The notes: generated by a model from the letters alone, not told the origin. Shown: positions 20,941 through 32,251, numbered from the stretch's first letter. The stretch: DNA of 64,000 nt from a bacterium (GCA_963675755.2 CAXXMD010000001.1:224001-288000), one strand, 5' to 3'. Numbers and translations are program-made.

Positions 20941-21582
20941 ATGTTTACCGGTTTAATTGAAGAAATTGGTCAAATACGATCCATTGAAAATTTTGGTGAT
21001 GGATCCAGACTACATATAAATGCAACAAAAATCCTTGATGATATCAATCTGGGTGACAGTATAGCTGTAAATGGCGTCTGTTTAACAGTTGTATCCCACT
21101 CTGATAATTCGTTCAGTGTTGAAGCTGTAAAAGAAACCATGACACGTTCAGCACTATCTGAGTTAAAAATCCATCAAAATGTCAATCTGGAACGTGCATT
21201 AAAAGCTAACAGTCGTTTAGGTGGCCATTTTGTTCAAGGTCATGTTGATGGGATTGGTACGGTTTTGGCTATGGATAAACAGGATCCTGGTTATTTGTTA
21301 AAAATAAAATTACCAGCTGACCTGTCCAGGTTTTTGGTTGAAAAAGGATCAATCGCAATTAATGGCATCAGTTTGACCCTGGCATCTGTAGATAATGACC
21401 GTATCTCTTTGGCAATCATTCCACATACGGTGCAGGCAACAACATTACATGCACTCAAAAGTGGAGATTCAGTCAATATTGAAGTTGATGTGCTAGGTAA
21501 ATATATATATAAAATGGTTGGGCCGTTTGCCCAACAAAGTGGTATTACACTTGAAAAATTAAAAGATTTTGGATTTGATTAA
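20941..21582 (+). CDS. ribE: Riboflavin synthase
   Basis: MFTGLIEE, NGVCLTV, GGHFVQGHVDG. Confidence 0.96.
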   Translation: MFTGLIEEIGQIRSIENFGDGSRLHINATKILDDINLGDSIAVNGVCLTVVSHSDNSFSVEAVKETMTRSALSELKIHQNVNLERALKANSRLGGHFVQGHVDGIGTVLAMDKQDPGYLLKIKLPADLSRFLVEKGSIAINGISLTLASVDNDRISLAIIPHTVQATTLHALKSGDSVNIEVDVLGKYIYKMVGPFAQQSGITLEKLKDFGFD

Positions 21583-21596
21583 CAACAAGAGGCATT

Positions 21597-22814
21597 GTGA
21601 CTAGAGAAATAAAATTTAATACAATACCGGAAGCGATTGAAGCGTTAAAGCGGGGCGAGATTATTATTGTTTCTGATGATGAAGATCGTGAGAATGAGGG
21701 TGATTTTATTATGCTGGCGGACAAGGTCCGTCCTGAAGATATTAATTTTATGGTTACCCATGGCAGGGGACTTGTTTGTGTAGCAATGCCAGGGCAACGT
21801 TTGGAAGAACTTGATATACATTTAATGGTTGGTAGAAATACCGCATTACTTGGAACCAATTTTACTGTTTCAGTGGATTGTATGCATGGCATAGCTACCG
21901 GTATTTCTGCTTATGATCGTGCTACTACAATAAAAAAACTTATTGATCCTGAAGCACAACCCTCTGATTTTGCAAAACCGGGACATATTTTCCCAATTGC
22001 TGCAGAAGAAGGCGGTGTATTGAAACGTGCCGGTCATACTGAAGCTGTTGTCGATTTGGCTAATCTTGCAGGTGCTACTCCTGCTGGTGTTTTGTGCGAA
22101 ATTATGGAAGAAAATGGAGAGATGGCCCGTGTACCCTCTCTTATGAAAATTGCTAAAAAGTTTAATCTCTGTATAGTTTCTGTACGTGAGCTTATACATT
22201 ACCGCCATAAAAATGAAGTTTTGGTTGAAAAAATTGCATCAGCTGAATTTCCTACAAAATTTGGTCATTTTACATTGCATGCTTTTAAAAGCCAGTTAGA
22301 GACTGAAGAACATTTGGCAATTGTTAAAGGTGATGTCAATACAGATGATCCCATACTTGTACGTGTACATTCTCAGTGTCTGACTGGAGATATTTTGGGA
22401 TCAATGCGTTGCGATTGTGGAGATCAACTGCAAACAGCATTAAATGCAATTGAAGAAGAAGGCCGTGGTGTTGTTTTGTATATGAGACAAGAAGGCCGTG
22501 GTATTGGGCTGGGTAATAAAATTAAAGCCTATCATTTACAAGACAAGGGCAAAGATACGGTAGAAGCTAATCTTGAATTGGGCTTTAAAGCCGATTTACG
22601 TGATTATGGTATTGGAGCTCAGATTTTATTCGAACTTGGAATTCGCAATATAAAACTGTTGACCAATAATCCCAAAAAAATTGTAGGATTGGAAGGATAT
22701 GGCCTCAAGGTAGTTGAGCGTATTCCTATTGAAATACAAGCCAATGATGTAAATTCATGTTATCTGACAACCAAGCGAGACAAGCTTGGTCATATGATAA
22801 TGAACGATAAATAA
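21597..22814 (+). CDS. ribBA: DHBP synthase / GTP cyclohydrolase II
   Basis: DRENEGD, RAGHTEA, RVHSQCLTGD..S.RCDCG, QEGRGIG. Confidence 0.96.
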   Translation: MTREIKFNTIPEAIEALKRGEIIIVSDDEDRENEGDFIMLADKVRPEDINFMVTHGRGLVCVAMPGQRLEELDIHLMVGRNTALLGTNFTVSVDCMHGIATGISAYDRATTIKKLIDPEAQPSDFAKPGHIFPIAAEEGGVLKRAGHTEAVVDLANLAGATPAGVLCEIMEENGEMARVPSLMKIAKKFNLCIVSVRELIHYRHKNEVLVEKIASAEFPTKFGHFTLHAFKSQLETEEHLAIVKGDVNTDDPILVRVHSQCLTGDILGSMRCDCGDQLQTALNAIEEEGRGVVLYMRQEGRGIGLGNKIKAYHLQDKGKDTVEANLELGFKADLRDYGIGAQILFELGIRNIKLLTNNPKKIVGLEGYGLKVVERIPIEIQANDVNSCYLTTKRDKLGHMIMNDK

Positions 22815-22844
22815 GAAATTCATATAAATTATACAGGTGTAAAA

Positions 22845-23312
22845 ATGCCCAATATTTTAGAAGGACAATTATCGGCAAAAAATAAAAAATTTGCCATTGT
22901 TGTGAGTCGGTTTAATGAACTGATTTGCCGTAAACTTTTGGACGGAGCACTGGACTGTATCTCTCGTCATGATGGAGACCTTGGTAAAGTTGACATCGCC
23001 TGGGTACCTGGTTCATTTGAAATACCGGTTGCTACTAAAAAATTTGCTGATTCCAAAAAGTATGATGCCATTATATGCCTGGGTGCAGTGATTCGAGGTG
23101 CTACACCACATTTTGAATATATCTCCGCCGAAGTGACCAAAGGTATTGCACAGGTTAGTCTGGAATATGGCGTACCGGTTTCTTATGGTGTAATAACTCC
23201 GGATACACTTGAACAGGCACTTGAGCGTGCCGGAACCAAATCTGGTAACAAAGGGTGGGATGCCGCCATGAGTGCCATTGAAATGGCAGACTTGTTCACC
23301 AAAATGGCTTAA
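22845..23312 (+). CDS. ribH: 6,7-dimethyl-8-ribityllumazine synthase
   Basis: [27 protein letters not shown]. Confidence 0.96.
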   Translation: MPNILEGQLSAKNKKFAIVVSRFNELICRKLLDGALDCISRHDGDLGKVDIAWVPGSFEIPVATKKFADSKKYDAIICLGAVIRGATPHFEYISAEVTKGIAQVSLEYGVPVSYGVITPDTLEQALERAGTKSGNKGWDAAMSAIEMADLFTKMA

Positions 23313-23336
23313 TTTAATTCAGTTTTTACATTTTCG

Positions 23337-23368
23337 GGTGATAATTATTAAATTGTCACCCATTTCTT
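23337..23368 (+). terminator. Hairpin after ribH
   Basis: GGGTGATAATT...AATTGTCACCC followed by ATTTCTT. Confidence 0.45.
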
Positions 23369-23457
23369 TATATTGCTGTGAATAACGGGAACCCGTATAT
23401 TGTTCATAGAGTTTGATATACTAAACGAATTCAACCTGCAATAAGATTGGTTTATCT

Positions 23458-25617
23458 ATGAAAAAAAATATTCTAGTATGTTTGATGATTTTTGTCTCTG
23501 CAATATCTGGTTTTGCTGATGTTTCAGATTGGACAACTTTTACAAATGCCGATGATGTACGGGACTTTGTTATTGTTAATAACACATTGTGGAATGCAAC
23601 AAATGGTGGTCTTTTAACGCTGGACCTGGATACATTTGAATTTTCAAAATATACTAATATTGATGGATTAAAAGATATTCTCTTGTCAACGGTTACAGTT
23701 GATAAATATAATAATATCTGGGTAGCCATGGAAGATGGCACCATTCAGCGGTTTGATCCTGATTCTAATACCTGGGATATGATCTCTGATTACGAAGGAT
23801 ATACGGTAAATGATCTTTATGCAATTGGTGATTCTGTTTTCGTTGGTTTAAATATTGGTATAAGCCTGTTTGATTCATATCGCTGGGAAGTAAAAGAAAC
23901 ATATAAAATTGGTGATGTTAATAATCTCACTATTGTCAATAATACTATTTGGGCTGCAACCTCTTTGGGAGTAAAAACTGCAAACCTGGATTTTCCTAAT
24001 CTTATAGCGCCCAGTGCCTGGACAACCTATACGGCCTCTCATGGACTTCCTGATAATAATGTTATGGTCGTTCATGGCGTAGGTGATGTGATTTATGCCG
24101 GGACAGAAAACGGTCTTGCTGCTTTTCAGAATGGTGTGTGGGGAAACATTGCTTTTGCTGATGTTGAAGTCAAGGCTATTTGTGACTGGAACGATACCGT
24201 ATTATTATCAACTGTATCTGCAATTTATTATTTAAATGAAAATATCTGGACCCAACTTGCGGGTTACAGCAATATCACTCATCTTTGCTCGGAATCTAAC
24301 GGACATATTTGGGCCAGTCAGGGAGACAATGGTCTGTATACGTATGATGGAAGCAATTGGACACATCATATCCCCAATGGCCCATCTACCAATAATTTTG
24401 CTTCACTGGCTGTTGATAAAACGGGCAACTTGTGGACAGCTTCTGCTAGTGATGGAATTTCCATGTTTAATGGTACCGAGTGGTTTAATTATTCAACCCG
24501 TGATGGGTATTTAAATTCCAATGATTTTAGAGATCTTGAAGTTGACAATCAAAACAGAGTTTGGGCTGCAAGTTATGGTGGTGGTGTAACAGTCTTTACT
24601 CCTAACGGAGATGATACGTTTGATTTAACATTGTTTTATACAGATCACTTGTCAGGGAGTTCCGGAAGCCCCAATTATGTACCCACTCATGGTGTAAAAT
24701 TGGATGATCAGGGTAACATGTGGATTTTGAATTATGCTGCAGCCAGTAACAATCCGGTAGCCGTTGTGGATTCTACTTTTGAGCATTGGCAGTATTTTTC
24801 AGTATCGGACGGTATCAGAGCAAAGGACCTTGTTACCATGGAGTTTGATCAGTACGGACGGAAATGGTTCGGCTCTACAAGCGGTGGAGTATACGTTTTG
24901 AATGACAATAATACCCCGTTTGATAAATCTGATGATCAGCTTGAGGGAACTTTGTCCAGCGTTGATGGATTAGCGAGTAATAATATAACATCATTACTAA
25001 TGGACCTTGATTATATCATGTACATTGGTACCCCTGAAGGTTTAAATACCTATTTTTCAGGAGAATTGAGTGAGTATCTTGATAATCGTGTTGTTAACAG
25101 TACCATCAATACAATTATGTTAGATGGTGTTAACAATAAATGGGTTGGAACAAGTGGCGGTTTGAGTATGCTGCATTCTGACGGATTTGATACTACGCAT
25201 TATGTTTCAGAGACTCATCCATTGGTGTCAGATAATGTGACCAGCCTTGCATTTAATGAAGATACGGGAGAATTATTTATTGGTACTACTAATGGTCTCT
25301 CTCGGTTTGTTACACCCTATACACGTCCTCAGGAAACGTTAAATTTAGTAAAAGGATATCCTAATCCATTTGTGCTTGAATCCGCCATATCTCGATTTTA
25401 TATCGATAATTTGGGCAGAGAATCTCAGGTGCGTATTTTTACTGCTGAAGGTTTTTTTGTAACCCAGTTAACTGACAGTCAGGTAATGGGTTCACGTGCA
25501 GTTTGGGATGGTAAAAATGACCGAGGAGAATGGGTTTCCAGTGGAGTGTATCTATATCAAATAATCACCCAAGATGGTGATACAAGTGTGGGTAAGGTGG
25601 CTGTAGTTCATCCTTAA
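23458..25617 (+). CDS. Secreted double beta-propeller protein with C-terminal Ig-like (FlgD/T9SS-CTD-like) domain, PorZ-like
   Basis: Signal peptide; repeated D..(G/N)N.W.GT..G blades; C-terminal YPNPF...WDGKN..G..V.SGVYLY...GKVAVV. Confidence 0.75.
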   Translation: MKKNILVCLMIFVSAISGFADVSDWTTFTNADDVRDFVIVNNTLWNATNGGLLTLDLDTFEFSKYTNIDGLKDILLSTVTVDKYNNIWVAMEDGTIQRFDPDSNTWDMISDYEGYTVNDLYAIGDSVFVGLNIGISLFDSYRWEVKETYKIGDVNNLTIVNNTIWAATSLGVKTANLDFPNLIAPSAWTTYTASHGLPDNNVMVVHGVGDVIYAGTENGLAAFQNGVWGNIAFADVEVKAICDWNDTVLLSTVSAIYYLNENIWTQLAGYSNITHLCSESNGHIWASQGDNGLYTYDGSNWTHHIPNGPSTNNFASLAVDKTGNLWTASASDGISMFNGTEWFNYSTRDGYLNSNDFRDLEVDNQNRVWAASYGGGVTVFTPNGDDTFDLTLFYTDHLSGSSGSPNYVPTHGVKLDDQGNMWILNYAAASNNPVAVVDSTFEHWQYFSVSDGIRAKDLVTMEFDQYGRKWFGSTSGGVYVLNDNNTPFDKSDDQLEGTLSSVDGLASNNITSLLMDLDYIMYIGTPEGLNTYFSGELSEYLDNRVVNSTINTIMLDGVNNKWVGTSGGLSMLHSDGFDTTHYVSETHPLVSDNVTSLAFNEDTGELFIGTTNGLSRFVTPYTRPQETLNLVKGYPNPFVLESAISRFYIDNLGRESQVRIFTAEGFFVTQLTDSQVMGSRAVWDGKNDRGEWVSSGVYLYQIITQDGDTSVGKVAVVHP

Positions 25618-25700
25618 ATTTTATATTTTTATTTTTCTATTTGTATTGTTCAAAATCTTGCTTATTTTTTATCTGTTTATTACAGATTAGTTGAATTAAT

Positions 25701-27428
25701 ATGCTTAAAACATTATATATAAAAAATTTTGCCCTTGTAGATCAGTTAAAAGTAGATTTTAATACCGGTCTTAATATAATTACAGGAGAGACTGGTACTG
25801 GTAAATCTATTATAATTGGTGCATTGGGTATTATTCTGGGTGAGAAATTCAAGATCGATACTCTGCGGCATGGTGCAGATAAATCTGTACTGGAAGCAGA
25901 GTTTGAAATAGAAAATGCACCTGAATTGTTTGAATATTTGAATGAACAGGATGTTGATTCGGATGGAAACTATATTATTATTCGCCGGGAATTAAACGAA
26001 TCCGGACGTAGTAGAAGTTTTGTAAACGACACCCCTGTTTCAATGCCCATACTGGAGCATGTTGGCAATTTGCTGGTTGATTTACATGGTCAGCACCAAC
26101 ATCAGTTGTTATTACAGAGTTTTAGACATATTTCCTACCTTGATGAGTTTGCCAATATTTCAGAAAAGGTAGATGAATATAAAACAATCTATACAGGATA
26201 TTTGGAACTAAAAAAACAACTGGATGATATTGTAACTCGTGAAAAAGAAATCAAGCAGGCCAGTCAGATGTACGAGTTTCAATTGAACGAGATTAATACT
26301 GTTGATCCACAGCCGGAAGAGTTGGACGAGGCTGTCAAAGAAGAGCGGATTTTAAAAAATTCAGAAAAGCTTTATGATATAACTCATGCATTGTTCCGGC
26401 AATTGTATGAAGAAAAAGGTTCTGTTACTGAAATTTTGAGTTCTGCAAAAATTAAGTTGGATTCTCTAATACCTATTGATGAATCATTTGGAAATTTAAA
26501 AGAAGAATGTGAAAATGCGTCAATAATCATCCAGGAACTTGCAAATTCCCTGAGTGATTATAATAGTAAAATCCAATTTGATCCGGATCGCCTGGAAACA
26601 TTGCGTCAGCGAATTTCAGTTTTGAACGGTTTGTTGAAAAAGTATGGTGGCACGATTGATGCAGTTCTGGAGCACAAAGCACATTTGCAAAATGAACTGA
26701 ACCGTATTGATAATCTTGATGAAGAGATAGCTCATATTCGCAAGCAGGCTGATACTGCTTTAACTCAATTAAAAAATAAAGGGTTAGAGCTTTCAAAAAT
26801 CAGAAAAGAATTTGCAAAAAAATTAAGCGACTCTGTCACCAACGAATTGGCTTCTTTGGGCATGTCCAAATCAAGATTCGATGTATCAGTTCGTTACAAT
26901 GATTCGGGTAATGATAACAATATTTCTATTGATGGTAAGGATGTCAAAGTTTCCCAAAAAGGTCTCGATCGGGTAGAGTTTTTGATTTCTGCTAATCCCG
27001 GAGAAGCATTAAAACCCTTAACTATGGTTGCATCCGGTGGTGAGATATCCAGAATTATGCTTGCATTAAAGTCTTTATTAGCAAAAGCGGATCATGTTCC
27101 GGTTTTGATCTTTGATGAGATTGATATTGGTATTTCCGGAAGAATTGCACAGGCTGTTGGGAAAAGTATGAAAAAACTTGCCCATTCGCATCAGATCTTG
27201 TGTATTACCCATTTACCCCAAATTGCAAGTTTGGGCGACTATCACTATCTGGTTGAAAAAAATCAAGATGATCATTCAACGCAAACTTCAATACGAATTC
27301 TTGAAAAGTCTGAAAGAGTTGAGCACATTGCCCGATTGATTGGCGGCGATACCTTATCTGATGCGCATTTGCAAAGTGCTGCAGAATTGTTGAATGAATC
27401 TGAATCAAGTAAGACAAAAATTTTATAG
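25701..27428 (+). CDS. recN: DNA repair protein RecN
   Basis: TGETGTGKS, DLHGQH, ASGGEISRIMLA, FDEID.GISG, THLPQIA. Confidence 0.96.
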   Translation: MLKTLYIKNFALVDQLKVDFNTGLNIITGETGTGKSIIIGALGIILGEKFKIDTLRHGADKSVLEAEFEIENAPELFEYLNEQDVDSDGNYIIIRRELNESGRSRSFVNDTPVSMPILEHVGNLLVDLHGQHQHQLLLQSFRHISYLDEFANISEKVDEYKTIYTGYLELKKQLDDIVTREKEIKQASQMYEFQLNEINTVDPQPEELDEAVKEERILKNSEKLYDITHALFRQLYEEKGSVTEILSSAKIKLDSLIPIDESFGNLKEECENASIIIQELANSLSDYNSKIQFDPDRLETLRQRISVLNGLLKKYGGTIDAVLEHKAHLQNELNRIDNLDEEIAHIRKQADTALTQLKNKGLELSKIRKEFAKKLSDSVTNELASLGMSKSRFDVSVRYNDSGNDNNISIDGKDVKVSQKGLDRVEFLISANPGEALKPLTMVASGGEISRIMLALKSLLAKADHVPVLIFDEIDIGISGRIAQAVGKSMKKLAHSHQILCITHLPQIASLGDYHYLVEKNQDDHSTQTSIRILEKSERVEHIARLIGGDTLSDAHLQSAAELLNESESSKTKIL

Positions 27429-27439
27429 GAGAGGGGCTC

Positions 27440-28423
27440 ATGTCTGTTTTTAAAATTAAATCACTAGGGATATTGACTTTGACGTTAATGCTCTGTTTGT
27501 TTTGGGGATGTGCATCTCAACATGCATCCATAATGGAAGATGAATTTGACTCTGAAAGTGATATTGATGCAGAGCTTGAAGATCTGTTTGATTTAAACGA
27601 TATGAGTGTTGCAGAAAGTAACAATGAATTGAACACCAGTGATGACTTTTTAACCAGACTGGAATCTGATGCTCCTTTTCAACAAGCAGAAGAAGAACCT
27701 TTTACTCCTGTTGCTCAAAGTCAATCTGAAGAAGAATCTTTGCAAGAAGTTTTGGCACTGTTGCTAGATGACGATGAGGAAGAAGATCCCTTTCCTACAA
27801 CTATGGATTCATTTAATTCAATGGAGACGTTTACTCCTGCTGAACAGTCTGAATCAGAAACTACGGGATTGGAATCTTATGCGCTTGAAAATGATGTGTT
27901 GAGACTGGAAGACGAACTTGAAAATAAAAATCAGGAAGCCGAAAGATTACGTCGACTGATTGATGAAAAAAATAAACGAATTGAACAATTGGAACATAAT
28001 GGCACCCCTGCACAAACCCGTGCTCAACCCCGTTCTTCTGTTGTTGTAAATACCAGTCAGTTTTCAGAAGGCTATGCTTCTGCACGTTCTTTATTTGAGA
28101 GTTTTAAATATTCTGACGCGCTTTCAGCTTTTACCAGTTTGCTGGAATCTCAACCCAATCATTATATGGCTGACAATTGTCAGTATTGGATTGGTGAATG
28201 TTATTTTGGTCTCAAACAATATGACCAGGCAGTAGCCGCGTTTGAAAAGGTTTTTACGTTCAGTAGAAAAGATAAATATGACGATGCACAAATGATGATT
28301 GCGTTGTCTTATATTCGTAGTGGTCAACGAGATATGGCAAAGCAGGCTTTTGATAAACTGTTCAATGATTATCCTGATAGTGAATATACATCACGTGCCC
28401 GTAAAATGTACCAAAATTTATAA
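27440..28423 (+). CDS. CpoB/YbgF-like lipoprotein (acidic linker, coiled coil, TPR)
   Basis: Lipobox LFWGC; ADNCQYWIGECY, DDAQ, YPDSEY TPR motifs. Confidence 0.75.
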   Translation: MSVFKIKSLGILTLTLMLCLFWGCASQHASIMEDEFDSESDIDAELEDLFDLNDMSVAESNNELNTSDDFLTRLESDAPFQQAEEEPFTPVAQSQSEEESLQEVLALLLDDDEEEDPFPTTMDSFNSMETFTPAEQSESETTGLESYALENDVLRLEDELENKNQEAERLRRLIDEKNKRIEQLEHNGTPAQTRAQPRSSVVVNTSQFSEGYASARSLFESFKYSDALSAFTSLLESQPNHYMADNCQYWIGECYFGLKQYDQAVAAFEKVFTFSRKDKYDDAQMMIALSYIRSGQRDMAKQAFDKLFNDYPDSEYTSRARKMYQNL

Positions 28424-28538
28424 AAACTTTTTTTCTTCGAAATGAATTCTTGCGGGGTCATGTTGTAAAATATGACCCTGAAATTGTTTTTACAATTTCC
28501 CACCTTGAATATCTGAAATAAAATTCTGAGAGGTTCTA

Positions 28539-31500
28539 GTGTCCGAATTTATACATTTGCATAATCATACGCATTTTAGCCTGCTTGATGGCGCATGTCG
28601 TATTGAAGATATGGTAACACAAGCGCTTGAATATAATATGAATTCACTTGCCATTACGGACCATGGTTGTCTGTTTGGCGCTGTCGAGTTTTATCAAAAG
28701 TGTACGGCTCGTGAAGTAAAGCCTATTATCGGGTGCGAAGTGTATCTTGCTCCCGGTAGTCGGTTTGATAAAAAGGCTAATGATAAAACAGGTACCGCAT
28801 ATCATCTGGTTTTATTGAGCAAAAATGAAACCGGATATAAAAATTTAATGAAGCTGGTATCTATGGGGTACCTTGAAGGATTTTATTATAAGCCCAGAAT
28901 CGACTGGGAGATCCTCAAGCAATATTCTGAGGGTTTGGTAGCTCTTAGTGCGTGTTTAAAAGGTGAAGTCTCTCAGGCAATATTGAAAAAGGGTAAATCT
29001 GACGCTTTAGATGTAATTGAAAAATACAAAAACACCTTTGGTGATGATTTTTATCTTGAAGTTCAAAATCATGGTATACCGGAAGAGGATACCGTGAGAG
29101 AAAATATTATTCAAATCGCCAGTGAAAATGATCTCAAAGTTGTTGCTACAAACGATATCCACTATCTAAAAAAAGAACATCACGAAGCACACGATGTTTT
29201 GTTATGTTTGCAAACCGGTAAGGATTTTGATGATCCTAACCGTATGAAGTATTCAACCCACGAGCTTTATTTTAAAAGCCCTAAAGAAATGGCTCAAATG
29301 TTTCCCGGGCACCCCGAGCTGCTTGAAAATTCACTTGAAATCGCTGAAAAATGCAACATGACCATGAACTTTAAAGAGTATCTCATTCCTGATTTCGAGA
29401 TACCTCCTGATGATGGTTCAAAAGATTTAGGGGAATACCTTCGTAAACTTTCATTTGAGGGATTAAAAGAAAGATATGATGAAATAACACCCGAATTGAC
29501 TGAACGTCTTGATATGGAATTGGATATTATTATATCAATGGGATATGCAGGATATTTTCTTATTACCTGGGACTTTATCCGCTATGCAAGAGAAAATGAT
29601 ATACCTGTTGGTCCCGGACGTGGATCTGCTGCAGGTAGTTTGATCTCTTATTGTTTACATATCACAAACCTAGATCCCATGAGATATAATCTGATTTTTG
29701 AAAGGTTTTTGAATCCCGAACGTGTCAGCATGCCTGATATTGATATTGACTTTTGTTATGAACGCCGCGAAGAAGTAATTGATTATGTAAAAGAAAAGTA
29801 TGGTTATAATAATGTTTGCCAGATTATAACATTTGGTACAATGGCAGCTCGTGGAGTAATTCGTGATGTTGGCCGTGTTCTGAAAATGAGTTATGGTGAA
29901 GTAGACAAGATAGCCAAACTGGTTCCCACTCAAATCAACATAAAGCTGGCAAAAGCAATGGAGCAGGTTCAGGAGCTGCGAGAGTTGGAAAACAAAGACG
30001 CGCAGCATAAACGTTTGTTCCAGTTTTCACGGGTTCTGGAAGGTCTTGCACGTCATGCATCCACTCACGCTGCGGGCGTTGTAATTGCTCCACAGGAATT
30101 GACCAATTATGTGCCCTTGTATAAAACCAAAGATGGTGATGTTACTACCCAATATGAAATGAAGGTATTGGATGATGTGGGCTTGTTAAAAATGGACTTT
30201 TTGGGTTTGCGTACACTTACGGTTATTCAAAAAGCGGTTGACTCTTTAAAAGAGAAAAACATCCATATTGATATTGATCATATAGATATTCATGATAGTA
30301 AAGTTTACGAGTTGTTTGCCCGCGGTGAAACCGTTGGCGTGTTCCAGTTTGAATCTTCAGGTATGCAGGAATATCTCAAAAAACTACAGCCGGAATGTCT
30401 TGAAGATTTAATTGCTATGAACTCTTTGTATCGTCCGGGTCCTATGGATTTTATTGATGATTTTATCAGAGGTAAAAAGGACAATACCAAAGTTAAATAT
30501 ATTCACCCCATACTTGAAGATATTCTCAAAGAGACCTATGGTATTGCAGTATACCAGGAACAGGTTATGAAAATGGCAAGTGTGGTGGGTGGTTTTACCC
30601 TGGGTGGTTCTGATATTCTTCGCCGTGCTATGGGTAAAAAGAAAGTCGACGTAATGCAGGCCAAACGTGTGGAATTTGTTGAAGGTGCTGCAGAACGTGG
30701 TGTGTCCGAAAAGCAAGCCAATGAAATCTTTGACATGATGGAAAAGTTTGCCGGGTACGGTTTTAACAAGTCGCATGCGGCTTGTTATTCTCTGGTTGCG
30801 TTTCAAACTGCATTTTTGAAAACCCATTATCCTGCCGAATTTATGGCAGCAACCATAAGTAGTGAAATGGGCAGCTCTAACAGGGTTACCATTCTTTTGG
30901 AAGAATGCCGTAGAATGGGATTAAATGTTTTACCACCGGATGTGAATGAAAGTTTTTCTGATTTCAAGGTGATAGGGGATGAGATTCGTTTCGGATTAGG
31001 AGCGGTTAAAAATGTAGGTTTGGGAGCAATAAAAGCAATTGTTAAAGCCAGAGAAGAAAACGGAAGTTTTCAAACCATTTTTGAGCTGTGTCAGCGTGTA
31101 GATAAATCTACAGTGAATCGTAAGGCGCTTGAAAGTCTTGTGCTTGCCGGTGCTATGGATTCCCTGGATGGTACACGTGCCCAGCTTTTTGATGCTATTG
31201 ATACTGCTGTTGATTTTGCACAAAAAACACAGGCAGACAGTAATAGTAATCAGGCATCCATATTTGATATGGAAACAACTGAAATGGCAATTGCTGAACC
31301 TCTGTTAAATGATGTTGATGAATGGTCACAGACCGATGTGCTCAACAAGGAAAAAGAGATCCTTGGGTTTTATCTTTCAGGTCACCCGCTTGATAAATTC
31401 AGAGAAGAAGTCTATACCTATTCCACAGTTACCATCGATTCTGTAAGTGAACTAAAAGATGGATCAAGTGTGCGGTTATGTGGTATTATTACCGATTTAA

Positions 31501-31961
31501 AGAAACACATTGATCGTAAAAATCGTACTATGGCCTTTTTCAAGATTGAAGACTTTACCGGCAATATTGAAGGATTGGCTTTTTCAATTCCCTATGAAAA
31601 GTATAAAGATTTTATTTTTGAAGATTCTATGATAATGGCAATTGGCAAGATCAATACGCGCGAGTCAGAATCTCCTAAAATATTGATTGAAGAGATTATC
31701 TCGCTTGAGGAAGCACGAAAACGCTATACCAAAAATTTATGTGTGGCCTTACAAACCGATGTTATTACAGATGAATTACTTGCCGAAGTGAAACAGCTTT
31801 TAGAGCAATGTCAGGGTCAGGTCCCGGTATATTTTAATGTGAAAACGCCAGATAAAGGGGACTATATGCTGCGTTCCAAGTCTTTGAAAATTACACCCAA
31901 TCTTGATCTGGTAGAACAATTACGCGACAAGGTTGGAAGAGAAAATGTGTGGATTGGGTAA
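28539..31961 (+). CDS. dnaE: DNA polymerase III alpha subunit
   Basis: PHP HLHNHT..SLLDG, GRGSAAGS, MPDIDIDF, GFNKSH; no intein evident. Confidence 0.98.
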   Translation: MSEFIHLHNHTHFSLLDGACRIEDMVTQALEYNMNSLAITDHGCLFGAVEFYQKCTAREVKPIIGCEVYLAPGSRFDKKANDKTGTAYHLVLLSKNETGYKNLMKLVSMGYLEGFYYKPRIDWEILKQYSEGLVALSACLKGEVSQAILKKGKSDALDVIEKYKNTFGDDFYLEVQNHGIPEEDTVRENIIQIASENDLKVVATNDIHYLKKEHHEAHDVLLCLQTGKDFDDPNRMKYSTHELYFKSPKEMAQMFPGHPELLENSLEIAEKCNMTMNFKEYLIPDFEIPPDDGSKDLGEYLRKLSFEGLKERYDEITPELTERLDMELDIIISMGYAGYFLITWDFIRYARENDIPVGPGRGSAAGSLISYCLHITNLDPMRYNLIFERFLNPERVSMPDIDIDFCYERREEVIDYVKEKYGYNNVCQIITFGTMAARGVIRDVGRVLKMSYGEVDKIAKLVPTQINIKLAKAMEQVQELRELENKDAQHKRLFQFSRVLEGLARHASTHAAGVVIAPQELTNYVPLYKTKDGDVTTQYEMKVLDDVGLLKMDFLGLRTLTVIQKAVDSLKEKNIHIDIDHIDIHDSKVYELFARGETVGVFQFESSGMQEYLKKLQPECLEDLIAMNSLYRPGPMDFIDDFIRGKKDNTKVKYIHPILEDILKETYGIAVYQEQVMKMASVVGGFTLGGSDILRRAMGKKKVDVMQAKRVEFVEGAAERGVSEKQANEIFDMMEKFAGYGFNKSHAACYSLVAFQTAFLKTHYPAEFMAATISSEMGSSNRVTILLEECRRMGLNVLPPDVNESFSDFKVIGDEIRFGLGAVKNVGLGAIKAIVKAREENGSFQTIFELCQRVDKSTVNRKALESLVLAGAMDSLDGTRAQLFDAIDTAVDFAQKTQADSNSNQASIFDMETTEMAIAEPLLNDVDEWSQTDVLNKEKEILGFYLSGHPLDKFREEVYTYSTVTIDSVSELKDGSSVRLCGIITDLKKHIDRKNRTMAFFKIEDFTGNIEGLAFSIPYEKYKDFIFEDSMIMAIGKINTRESESPKILIEEIISLEEARKRYTKNLCVALQTDVITDELLAEVKQLLEQCQGQVPVYFNVKTPDKGDYMLRSKSLKITPNLDLVEQLRDKVGRENVWIG

Positions 31962-32251
31962 GTGAGGTTTTGGTGATAGATCGTGAAGAGCTGATAATAT
32001 TGTTGGTTGGCTTGGTTGCCATTACTGTTATAACCCGTATTATTGCTGCCAAAGTTGTTAAACATTTATCTCCCTCAATTGCCAGATATACCTTTATTTT
32101 TACGGGTGCATTGGGTTTATATTATCTTGTTGATATATTAATCCATAATTCACTTTTTTATCTCAATATTTATTTTTATTTTTGGCTGCTTGTTATCACA
32201 ATACAAATCATTTATTACATCCGATCAAAATACATGTGGAAAAATGACTAA
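31949..32251 (+). CDS. Small membrane protein, unknown function
   Basis: About 3 hydrophobic segments; fills the gap between dnaE and RNase H with overlaps; start uncertain. Confidence 0.55.
   Translation: MDWVSEVLVIDREELIILLVGLVAITVITRIIAAKVVKHLSPSIARYTFIFTGALGLYYLVDILIHNSLFYLNIYFYFWLLVITIQIIYYIRSKYMWKND

Noticed and set aside
28539-31961. Possible intein or split in dnaE
   Set aside because: Length is normal and motifs are contiguous
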